Of a DNA stretch of 64,000 nucleotides, positions 13,533-26,745 are shown piece by piece. A program made the translations under genes and the position numbers. The notes under the pieces were generated by a model. The model worked only from the letters and a program-made list of their open reading frames with translations, was not told where the DNA came from and did no database searches. The DNA is from the human T2T-CHM13v2.0 reference genome, Homo sapiens. The stretch lies in assembly GCF_009914755.1 (NCBI RefSeq), contig NC_060934.1; one strand, given 5' to 3'. The stretch's first letter is position 1. The number at the start of each line of letters is the position of its first letter.

Positions 13533-15177
13533 TAAACCAGACACTGGCTAACAGATACTTGTTAAGCTCCTCCTCTGTGCTAGGCATTGCTGCAGTCACC
13601 GGACTTGTGTCACAGGCCACCCTTGTCCAGCAGCGAGGGCTCCTGGAAGGATCTCTGTCACTGTCATCAAGATGAAGTGGTGGTGCTGCTGCTGCCAGCC
13701 CTGTGACTTTGAGCAAGTAGCTTACTTTCTCTAGTTTGCAGTTTATTTGTGTATAAACTGGAGACACTAACACCAACCTGGTAGAGCCTCTGGGAAGGCC
13801 AGCAGAGTGTTGCACACAGGCCATCATTGTCATCAGCATCGTCATTGTCATCGTCATCCTCACGGCGATAGTGGTTTGAGGGCAGAGGTTGAGGACCCTT
13901 TGAGAGGGTTTTGGAGTTTCCCAGAGAAGCTGAATCGGCTACACATGATGGATGAGGCCAGCTGTTTTTGTGCTGAGGTGAAGTGGGTTCAGTGTCCCAG
14001 AGACTGTTGCCTTGGAGTCATCGGAATCCTCCTCTTCCTAGAGCACTGCCTCCAGCTTCCTCTTCTTGGAAGCCTGCCCTGATTCCTGCAGTCCTCAGCC
14101 TTCCTTCCTCCCCACGGCTCCACAGTTTGCCCAGGGAAGCTGGAAGCATCACACTCTGCCCAGGCCCCTGCTCTGGCCCAGTGTGTTTCCTTGAAAGGAC
14201 GTGTGTCATCTAGAAGCCTGCAGCCCCGAGTCCTAACAATGGTTACCCCCAGGGAAGGCGTGAAGGTCAGAGGGGACACTGGCTTTATCTGTAAGATTGT
14301 TTTTTTTTTAAAAAAAGAATGAATTGGCATGTTCTTTGTCTAATTAAAAATCAAATGAATAAAGACCAAATACCCTGCCTGATTCCACAGTGGGGCAGAG
14401 GGAATGGTGACACTGTTTCCCCCTTTCCTTGTTAGCTTTGTGCCCCCTGATGAGTCTGGGGCCCCTGAGAGGATGATCAGAATCTCACACGTCTTGGTGA
14501 CCCAGTCCCCTTCAGGCCTGCCTGGCTGGCACGTGAGCTCTTGATTTCATCGTCAGGGAAACCAAGTCTCTGCAGACGTCATTGCTGTCCTTGGGGTGAT
14601 AAGGGCGCGTCATGTCTGTCGTTCTGCCACCTAGCCGTGCTGTGATAAGGCACAGCATCTGCTTGTCCTTGGAGGGCGAAATAAATTTAGATGTGTCGGG
14701 TTTGGAACATCAGGTGACCTGTCCGCAGCTGGAGCTCTCAGGAGGGAAGGGTGGCCCCGCTGTCTTTGCGGTGTTAGTCTCACCTCCCCACTACGGCCGG
14801 AAGCTCCTTGAAAGAGAAGGCACAAGCTCAGGCACATGCAAGATGCCCAGCGATACTGTCCGTGGGTTTCTTGTTTGGACAGTCTTAGAATGGAGTGGTG
14901 GCAGGGATTTTACAGATCACCTGGAGTTGTGGTTTTCAAAGACTGCTCTGCAGGGAGAGTGTGTGATCTAGACCAGGCTTTTACCCAATTGGGCTTTATT
15001 TTACCTTTTATATTTGGGCTTCCGTGTCAGATTTCATTCTAGGGCTAAATTTGAGTTTGAAACGCACTGTTCTAGGCCAGGTCTCCCATTTCCAGATAAG
15101 TGAACTGAGTCCCAGAGAAACAAGGTCTTGCCAGGGTCTTCCCATGATTTGACTCCAAGGCAGGCTCTCTCCCCTAC

Positions 15178-15956
<779 letters not shown>

Positions 15957-17468
15957 TATTCACGTGCTCATGTGGTCTGGTGGAGTTAAAGGTAGAGGGG
16001 TCAGGGATCCTGATTCCCACCGGGTCTGAGGGTGGACACTCCTTCTCTCCTGAGCCTGGTGGGGAGTTAACCACTGCAGTCCCAGGCTGCTCACTTCCCC
16101 AGTGGACCACAGGAATGTCTGTGGGAGGAGCAATTGTTTTCCAGGCCATGTTGCAGCTTTTTCAATCTCCCTGTTTGTTATTGGTTAAGTCATAGTAATT
16201 GGTAAATTATTTTGCTAAAAAACACAGAAAATTATAAGGAAAGAAAGTCACCGCTAATTTTACATCTCAGACAGAGCCATAGTTAACGCCTTCATGTAAT
16301 TTCTTCTAGCTTTTTTCCCCATACATATACATGTGGTTTTGTTTCTTACCTCTTTTCTTAACATAGTATCAAAAATGTTTTCCCTTGTCATTAAAATCTT
16401 CATAAATGTGATGTACATTTTTCCATTTGATGCATATTTAGTGAGTGTCAGGCATGGTGGATACATCAGTGAGCAAAGTGCAAAACTTCCCATCTCATGG
16501 GCTGCCCTCCTGCAGGTGAAATGACATACTGGGCCATTGGGAGCTCACCTAGTACCCTCAACCCAGCATCCACCCAGGCCCCCGGTCTCTCCCAACCTAT
16601 GGCTTACTTCCTGTTGGTGAATTCTTCCTTTAAGTGATCTTGAAAATAAGCCCTTGCTTATTTTCAAATGAATAAATGTGAACCCAGAATAAATGTGATT
16701 TGTAAAGTTCTCATAACTATCACATGTATATATTCTACTATTTGGGTTTTTTCCACCTAGTTTTTGCCATTACAATTAATGTTCAAATGAACATCTTTGT
16801 ACTTCATTGTGACATTTTGATCTATGGCTCAAAGTAAGAAAGTCCACTGTCTTTTTGAAGGCCAGAACACAGCAGCCTGTACAGTGCTGTTTGCTTCCTC
16901 TGGAATGTTCTTTTCATTTCCAGCTTTGCACTTGCATCCACAGACACCATTAACCTGAAATGTGATGGGGATGGACAAAGTGGATGATGTTTGGCGAGCG
17001 GCCTCTGCCTGGCTTGCCTGCCTCGGTTCACTGCAGTCAGCAGGTGTGAGAAGGATTTTTCTGTCTATTTTAAGGCCCCTCACTGAAAATGGGAAAAACA
17101 AGCTCGTTTGTGCGGGGGACCTCAAGCCAACACAAGAGCCCAGCCACCCTGCAGCAGCCTGAGCGTGACAGCGTTCTGCCCCATAAAGAGATGCTAGGAA
17201 AACACTTTTAATGGTCTCTGCCTAGACTCTGTTTACGGAATTTATTTGCCAGAGCTCAGGCCATTCAGCAGTACCTTGGCAGCAGGGCCCAGCAAAGCTG
17301 CAACTCCTGTCTCCCCTCCACGTCTGCCTGGGTGTATTAAACCCCCTTGTTCTGAATACCCCAGAGCTAGTACCCGAAAGGCAGGAGTGGGGGGTTGCAG
17401 GGAAGAAAAGCCATGGGTTGTAGGATATTTGGGGCCAATATAAACTTCCAAATTCAAAAACAAAAACT

Positions 17469-17795
<327 letters not shown>

Positions 17796-17961
17796 TTACC
17801 CTCCAAAGAGCTAGGGGCATGAGCTACTGTTGGCTGCTAGCTGTGGCCGTTTCCAGCCAGCAGTAGAAAGGAAGATGTAAAATCCTGAAGCATTTTGAGT
17901 ACTGCTTTGTTTTTTTTCTTTCCTGTTTGACGATTGATGCTGAACCATCTTTAAAGTGTGG

Positions 17962-18283
17962 TTTTTTTGTTTGTTTGTTTGTTTTGTTTTGTTTTGTTTT
18001 TTGAGACAGAGTCTCACTCCGTCACCCATTCTGGAGTGCAGTGATGCAGTCTCACTCACTGCAACCCCCGCCTCCTGGGTTCAAATGATTCTCATGCCTC
18101 AGCCTCCCAAGTAGCTGGGATTACAGGTGTGCGCCACCACGCCCAGCTAAATTTTGTATTTTTAATAGAGACAGGGCTTTGCCATATTGGCCAGGCTGGT
18201 CTTGAACTCTTGGCCTCAAGTAATCTGCCCACCTCAGCCTCCCAAAGTGGCTGGGATTACAGGTGTCAGCCACCATGCCCAGC
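17962..18283 (-). mobile_element. Full-length AluS with (TTTG/TTTTG)n tail
   Basis: Typical antisense dimer. Confidence 0.92.
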
Positions 18284-18829
18284 CCCAAAACTTACTTTTA
18301 ATTCCTTTTCTCATTACAAAAATAATATATGTCAATGGTTGCAATTTCCAAAACAATTTTAAAAGGGGAAAATAAAAACTGCCAATGAGATAAGGATAAA
18401 CACTGTTAACACTTTGGTCTGTTGCCCTTTTGTAGTTTGTTCTGCTTCTAGGGAGAGAATTGTACCAGCCTCGACTATCATCTTCCTTGCCCAGACATCA
18501 GATATCATTTAAAATGGAAACCTGTGGGTTGTAGAATCCCCCTTGGACTGGGAGGCAGAAGACCCAGTTTCTTGTGTTACCACTTGGTCCTGTGGCCTTG
18601 GGAAAGCCACTTAACCTTGATTTGCTCGTCTTTAAAATGGGGACTCAGTATTCCTCACCTTAGCAGATGGAGTGGCCAAAGGTGTTTCTGGCAGAGAGTG
18701 CTTTGCAAAGTGCTGTGCAAATTGCTGGCCAGTTTTGATGTGGGTGTGTGAGCCTTTGGTTGGACAAATGGCCAGAGTAGTTTTCCTGTCTTCTTGGGGG
18801 AACTGTGACCCTTTCTCGTAAAGCTGTTC

Positions 18830-19605
18830 TGTCTCTGATCCTGGTGAACATCACCAGCTTCCTCTAGCTGCCCAGAGCTGCCCCTCCCCTCTGCCCTGCC
18901 GTGTGGCACCTGGCCCAGTGCAGTGTCCAGTCCCTCTCCAGGTCCCGATGCCTCGGCCTCCACAGTATCTCCTAGTCTGCCCCTCTCGCCCCATCTCCAC
19001 CATTTCCACTTGATCCTTGTCCCTGCCTGAACTCCTGTGTCAGCTCCTTGCTCCCTCCAGGCGCACCTACTTCCAACCAAGCTCCATGCAGCAGCCAGGA
19101 GGCTCTTTCTGAAATGTCAGTCTGCTCTCGCCACCACCTGCTTCAGTAGCTTTCCACTGCTGTCAGGACAGAGTCCAGAGGTCTTGCTGAAGCTGACCAG
19201 GCCCGGCCTCTCCGCCCTTGCTGACTGCTTCAGCTTCACCCCTGCCGCTCATCTCCTGACTTAGCCATTCCTTCATGTTTCTTCTTTTCTCCAGGCCTTT
19301 GCCTAGGCTGTTCCCTCTGCTGGATACACTTCCCTAACCCTGCTTGGTAATCAACTCAACCTTAGTCCCCTGCTTCATAGGTCACCTCCTCCAGGAAGCC
19401 CTCCCTGGTGACCTCACCTAGTCAGGGTTTGCTCCCCACCCTCATGCTGCCACTGGCCCCACTGTGGTTGTCTGATGACTCACCTTTGTCTTCTGTTTGG
19501 CTGTGGGCTCTGTGAGAGTAGAGCCTGGGTCTGCCTGACTGTGTTTTGCCAGCACCCAGCATGAGTGTCTACCCTGTACCAGGCACTTGTAGAATCTTGT
19601 TTAGA
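18830..19605 (+). mobile_element. L2 fragment(s)
   Basis: ctccatgcagcagccagg...ggcctttgcctaggctgttccctctgctgga...gtcacctcctccaggaagccctccctg; boundaries approximate. Confidence 0.65.
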
Positions 19606-21927
19606 TATTTTGTTCTCCCCTGGAGATGGAAAAACACTCAATCTTCCCAAGTGTTAGACTGATTGCTGATGGGTCTTATTTTTCTCTCTGAGTTCTTTTA
19701 AGAGTCCTGGAAATGTGGACTGAGAACAGCTGTCGCATGTCAGTTCCGAAGTAGCCGCTTTTATCAGAAACGGTTTAGAGAGAGATTCCTAGTTGCACCT
19801 CCCGCCAAGGGCAGTGACCCCACTTTTCTCTCCCCTTGCAGGCCCCTATCCGACCTCAATGGGAGGCGTGGGAGAGTTATGGGGAGTACATCCCACCGGC
19901 ACAGCTGTCATGTCAGCCCTGTCTGGCTGCCGGAGTTCGACTGGTCAGGCAGAGATGGGCACAGGCACGGCTCTGCTAAAGGCCTTGGCTGAGCCCAGCT
20001 TGGGGCAGAGCAAGCCACTGAGAATGGCTTTGCCAGAAGACTCCGTCATCAGGCTTGGGTGTCCACAGCCTTGGAGTGCTGAACAGCTGGAACATCCTGA
20101 GGCATGTGGCGGGTCAGTTGGGACAAAGCCATTGAGCTGCTAAACCAAACCGGTGCTGCTGGATTGGGACGGAGACAGCAGTGAGGAACATGAGCTCCAG
20201 TGTCAGAGGGACCTGGTTTTCATCCAGGCTCTATTCCTTACTGGTTGTGACTTTGAGCAAGTGATTAGATTTCCCTGAACCTCAGTTTCCTTATCTGCAA
20301 AATGGGAACTGGAGTGTTGCAAGGATTGAGTGAAGATCTGCATGGGGAGGGCTGCGTAGGGTCTGGCCTGCAGCAAGTGCTCATGCAGCATCTGCTTTCC
20401 CGTCTTCCTCTTCATCCTCACAGCCGTTCATCATCGTGGTTGTCATCAACCGTCCCGTGCGGTGCAGAGCTTTGCTTCTTGGTTCTGCCTGCTTGGTGGT
20501 TGCCAGGTCCCGCCAGCTTAAGTTTATCTGTTCGTTCATTCATTCATTTATCTGTTAAGCCCCTCTTCCTTCTTCCAGGCCAGGGAGCCAGGGTGCTGCC
20601 AGGTGGTGGGGAGCGGCTTTCAGAAGTGGCTCTTGGCAGCGCAGGCTGGGCTACATTTATGGCCTTTATGTAACCCCTTTTCCCTGAGCCCCATTCCTGC
20701 CCCTCAGATCTTTATTTACTGACTCTCGGCAGACTTAGAGGTCCTGAAAGGCACCCCCCAACGCCCTCATCTCATTCATCCTTCTGCCTCCAGGCAGGAG
20801 GGTCCTCAGCCATGGCAGACATGTGGGGTGATAGCCAATCCCAGCCATGAGCCCCTATTCAGCTTTCACCCTGGGCAAGATCCTGTGGAGGGTCCCAGTG
20901 TGGGGCTGGGGGAGGGATGTGGGATCAGCTGAGATCCTTAGGAAGCTGTCTCTAGTTGGGAAGACAGCAGAAAGCCAACACGTGACACTGGGTGACAGCC
21001 CTGTGCAAGTGTGCAAGGCGGGTGGCTGCCAAGGTCCATCTTCAGTACTAAGAGCCCAAGGGCGGGGTGGGGAAGGGGGACAGAGACATCTGTGTGGCAG
21101 GGAAGGTGCCAAGTGAACAGATGAGAGAGAGAGAGAGAGAGAGAACACTTTTGGGTCAGCAGGTTCAGCGTTATCCAACCAGCAAACATTTCCTGGATGC
21201 TTACTGTGGGCCAGGCACCAGGCTATGTGCTTTGCAGACACATACTCGTCCAATCACTACAAAGCCCTGTGGGGCAGGTGCTGCCTTCCCCACCCCTATT
21301 TTAGGGATGACGATGCAGAGACTCAGAGAGGTTGGTAAGTTGCTCACAGGCACAGATCTCTGAAGGAAGTGGAGCCTGGATTCACACCTGGGCCTGAGTC
21401 GAGGCCATGCTGGCTGTGGATTTCCTCCATATTGGCCATGGCTTCCCCGTGGACGTGGAACAATATGGGCATGTTTGGGAGAGGAGGTGTATTCTGCTTT
21501 GGTGGGCTCTATGCAGAGGTCATGAGGCAGAAGGTCAGGGGAGGCTGGGTTGGGCCCGGGACACCAGCCATGCCTCCTGTCTGAAAGGTGAGGTCCTTGC
21601 CCCGCAGATAGTAGGGATCCATTGAATGTTCATCTCTGATAGCCGCTGTCTGCAGTCATCCTCAGGGAGAGAGCAGAGAGCAAAGGGAAGCCATGGACAG
21701 AGCAGGCGGGCTTCCAGGCTATATGAGATGCAGTTCCTCCTTCTCCAAATTCTTATTAACCCACTGTGTACGGCGTTTCTCAAGTATCCAGCCCAGGACT
21801 TGGGATGTACCATAAACAGCCTCCACTTCTGATGACGGTAGCGCTAAGGCTCAGGTAATGCCACAGGAGGCAGGAGCGGCTGGAGCTTCTCTCTCCTGCA
21901 GTGTCAGGCCAGAGCAGGTTTTTCTTT

Positions 21928-22313
21928 TTTCTTTTTCTTTTTTTTTTGGCGGGGGGTAACAGATCCTTTTTTATTTTTTATTTTTTTGGCCTATGCAGCA
22001 GTTATTTTATTTTATTTTTTTTCAGTATTTTTATTTTATATTTATTTTTGATTATACTTTAAGTTCTAGGGTACATGTGCACAACGTGTGGGTTTGTTAC
22101 ATACGTATACATGTGCCATGTTGGTGTGCTGCACCCATTAACTCGTCATTTACATTAGGTATATCTCCTAATGCTATCCCTCCCCCCTTCCCCCACCCCA
22201 CGACAGGTCCTGGTGTGTGATGTTCCCCATCCTGTGTCCAAGTGATCTCATTGTTCAATTCCCACCTATGAGTGAGAACATGCGGTGTTTGGTTTTCTGT
22301 CCTTGCGATAGTT
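21928..22313 (-). mobile_element. 5'-truncated L1PA (PA3-PA6-like) 3' end with compound tail
   Basis: attatactttaagttctagggtacatgtgcacaacgtg...cccacctatgagtgagaacatgcggtgtttgg; 18-bp TSD cagag(c/t)aggtttttcttt at 21910-21927 and 22314-22331. Confidence 0.93.
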
Positions 22314-22625
22314 CAGAGTAGGTTTTTCTTTGTGACGCCCGGTCGCAGGATGTCTTTCAGCACCACCTGTCAGAGCTCTCCAAGCCGGCAGCTGTTCCCG
22401 CTGCCCACCTGTCCCTTCCCTGCTCTTTTTGGGGATGGTTTCTCGCTCCCCTGCTGTCTGTCCTCTCTTTCCCCTCCCCCTGCAGGGCCTTTTGGAAGGT
22501 GGCAGATGGGCATGAATGTCACACTGGCTGTCTCTTTGCCTGTGCTGTGCGTGGGGCCGTCTAGCCCGAGAGATCAGCTCAGGCATATTCCAGGTGCGGC
22601 TTATGTTGGTGAGAAGTTCTCATAA

Positions 22626-23133
<508 letters not shown>

Positions 23134-25077
23134 ACAGACTCACTTTCTTGGGGTTTGGCAGGTCAGCAGGTTTTGTGCTCATTTGGCTTTAGCATGAGAG
23201 GAGTGGTTCCCAGCCCCGCAATCCAGCTGCAGTGTTAACTTCCCACTCATCTGTTACCTGGATCCCTGTTTCCCACAGGGGCTTCCTAGCCTCACCGGGT
23301 AGAAACTTCAGAATTCGCCCATGGGTTGGATCTGTCCCCTCTTCTCCATCCTTGGTACTTGTCTTCCTGCATGGACTGGTGCAGTAGCCTCTTCTTTGGT
23401 CCTCTGTTTCTAGCTGGTATCTTTTTTCTTCCTTCCCATTTATTATGACTTTCTTGCTTGCTGTTCTTAACACTCAGAAGATTCTTGACTTCTCTGAAGT
23501 CGTGAAACTTGACACTCCTAGCAGATATCAAGGGTCTGTCCACTGCCTATGGTTCCTTCACCATATACTTCCCCTCCACCCCACCCTGCCAGCAGACTTC
23601 AGGCCCTTGGGGAAACCCAGCAGCAGCATGGTGGGTAATAGCGTGTTTTCCAAGTTATGGTGTCAAATCTCTGCTCTTCTATTTAGGAGCTGTTTGACTT
23701 TTTTTTTTTTTTAAACCTCTCTGAACTGCATAAACAGAAAAAAACAGATTTTCTTCTTGCTTCTAGGTCTTTGGTACAGCTGCATCCTCTGTCCTCTCCA
23801 CCTGGCCAAGCTTTACCTCCAATGTCAGTGGATCCCTGTCCCAAATAACCACCCACCCCCTCCCCCAAGGCCCTAGAGCATTCCACATGTGTCCCCACCA
23901 AACATTCCCAAGGAACCCTTGCCATGGGGAGCAGGACTAGGCTTCAGGTGTCTGTTTTCCTAGAAGGTGCGTGTGCCTCCTCCACCTTTGTAAGCCTAAC
24001 CCCTGTTACAATGCCTGGGCTCTGCGGGAGCCCAGAAGTGTGTACAAAACCAGTGAGCAAGCAAGGGAATCAGTGAGGAAGGGGAAGGAGGAATGAATGA
24101 TGAGGCAGCATCGCCGCCGCGGGGCCGAGGAGAGGTCCCCCGGAGCATGCCCGTGCAGCCCTAGGGGTAGCTCCTCCCTGGAGCAGGTATAGCTCACCCC
24201 CTAGCCTGGCAGCCCTGTCTTCACACCTCCACAGTCTACAGGGTTTCGGCATTTGCTTCAGTTATTTACTGACCATGATCTCCTAGGTCAGATTTATCAT
24301 TTACTGGGTCAGGAAAGAAAAAGCCCCATGGGGCCAGGTTTATAGAGATTAAATCCACTCATGCCGAAGCTGGCTTCCTGCTTGGGGGATGCTGCAGTGA
24401 TGCCTCAGGCTTGTTCCTGGAGCCCGTCAGTGCCGGCTGCTCTGGGAGTGGCCTGAGGTCTCTCTGGGACATGTGGGCTGGAGCTGCAAGCTGGGTGCCT
24501 TCTGCCAGCTGCACGTGCCACCTGGCTGGCCATCAGAATGCCATCAGAGAGGGCTGGCTGGCTGGCTCCTGGGCCTCCCAGGAAGACCATACAGGGACTG
24601 GAGTCCTCCCTGCTCACCGGGTCCCCCAGGCTCCGGCAGAGGCAACGGGAGGAACCAGTTGATCAGAAAGCTGAGCAGATTGAGCTGGCCTTTCTTGTTA
24701 GTTTCCTCCAACAGTGGTCCCCTCTGAGGGCAGAGCTGGACAGGCCTCCTCTCGGGCCCGTGTGGAGGGTATTGCATAGAATCTTTCTCCTAGGAACTGA
24801 CGGAAGTAAGTCTTACGGAGATTAGACTGATTTGCTGTGTTTTGAGTTCATTTTCTCCACCCAGGCATCAAGATATGGTTACGATTTCTGGGAACCATTT
24901 CCTTAGACTGCTCAGTCCTGAGGGCTGAGGTGTGGCCGGCACCTGGTTTATCTGAGAGGGCCTGGGCTCATGCACTCTGTTGCCTCTCGGCCTTCCACAA
25001 GAGTCTGCAGGGATTCTCTCTTATTGATGGGACACAGATTGTCCTCAGCCAGGCCTTCATGAAACACCACAGTATTT

Positions 25078-25365
25078 CATGTATGTGTGTGTGTGCAGTG
25101 TGTGTGTGTGCACATGCAAGTTTGTATGTGTCCGTGTATGTTTGCAAGTGTGCATGTGTGTGTATACATGCAAGTTTGTATGTGTCCGTATATTTGTGAG
25201 TGTGCATGTGTGTGCGTGTGTGTACATGCAAGTTTGTGCCCATGTGTGTTTGCGAGTGTGCATGTGTGTGCGTGTGTATACATGCAAGTTTGTATGTGTC
25301 CGTGCATGTTTGCAAGTAAGTGCGTGTTTGTGTGTGCATGCACGTGCACGTGTGTGTGTGCACGC
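25078..25365. repeat. TG-rich minisatellite, 4 units of approx. 54-58 bp
   Basis: Anchor acatgcaagttt at 25112, 25166, 25224, 25280. Confidence 0.9.
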
Positions 25366-26191
25366 CCATCACCAGACTGTAAGTATCCTGAAGGCAAGGT
25401 GTTGGCTGTCTTAGGTCCCTTCCACCTCAACAGATATCAAGGGAAATGACTCTGACCTGGAGACAAGGCCGGGACGGCAATGGGGTGTTGTGGAGAGTGT
25501 CCCAGGCTGGAACCAGATGGCCTGAATTCTACCACAGTCCCCACTTACCAGCCCTGGGCCTTAAGCCAGGCCTGGTTCCCGGCCCCCGCACATCGTGCAT
25601 GAGAAGCATGGCCCTTGCTGGACCAGTAGGCGTGTCTGCCTTGCTTCAGATAGTCATCTCTGAATTAAGGAAGAGCTCTCCTGGGACCTGAGCCTTCCCT
25701 GGGGGGCAGGGACAGCTTGGTAGGCAGAGAAGGGAGCCTCACCTGCCATGGTTGCAGTGGGGTGAATGCCGAGGCTGCCACCACTTGTCCCTTTCTCCTT
25801 CAGTGACCACCCCCCAACCTTTCCTTCTCCACAAAGGAGGGGCAGAGTGACCTCCCATAAGTGGGCTTCTCTCATCCGCCATTGTTGTTCTAGCCCTTCT
25901 GTCTCCCTCAAGGACAGGGCCGTGTCTCAGTCGCCAGTGCCCCAGTGTGTAGCACAGTGGCTGCACACCGTAGGTGCTTGCTATGTGTGTTGGCTTAATG
26001 AGGAGTCCAGGGGCCTGGCTTTGAGTTTCTTTCTACTGCTGGCCACCCACATGCATCCCTCTTTCTTCAAACTGCTGGGAAGCCCATAGCTCAGTTTGAT
26101 GTCAAAAGCAAAGCTCTCTTTCATCTGATGTCATCGGGGGAGCTCATTTGATTTTCCCCTCCCTCTTTTGCTGTTTGTTTCCTGTTCTTTG

Positions 26192-26745
26192 TCTTTTATG
26201 GAACAATTGAACATGTGCCTTTATTGGAAGATGCTGTGGATCGTTTTGGGAAATAAGCAGGCAATGAATAAGTCAGTGCGTTAGAAACGAAGGGGAGAAG
26301 AAGCTCCCTGCTCGGCCTAGGAAGCAGGCAGGTCTGAGCCTTGTTCCTCCTCTCTGGAGAATGGACATATGGGCACCTGCCCTGTAGACCTTGAGGAATG
26401 AGAACAGAATGGGTTCTGGTGGTCCAGTGTGCTGGGCAGCAATGGGCATGTCCTTCTTCCAGGGCTCTAGAAGGTGGGTCTACTCAGGCAGGACGATGCT
26501 ATGTGGCTCAGGGAATGGGCTGTGCTACAACCAGCCTGGAAGAGGCCAGGGCTTGCTGGGCGGGCACAGCTGGCAGCTCCCCATTCTGGAGGAACCAGCC
26601 AAGAGCATGCTGAGGCGGGCCACCAGTGAGTGCTTTGGGGGGACCAGGTGTCCCAAGTTTGAGCACCAGGAGGCCAGCGCTGTTGCTTTGCTCTTCTCCA
26701 TCCTTGTCCAAAAAAGGAGTTCGCTCCATTAAGAGGTATAAATAG
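26192..26745. promoter_or_regulatory. CArG-box cluster with MEF2/TATA-like site; candidate SRF enhancer
   Basis: CCTTTATTGG 26218-26227, CCAAAAAAGG 26708-26717, TCTTTTATGG 26192-26201 (1 mismatch), GTATAAATAG 26736-26745. Confidence 0.35.

Noticed and set aside
24968-25449. His/Thr- and Cys/Val-rich ORFs
   Set aside because: Translations of the TG-rich minisatellite.
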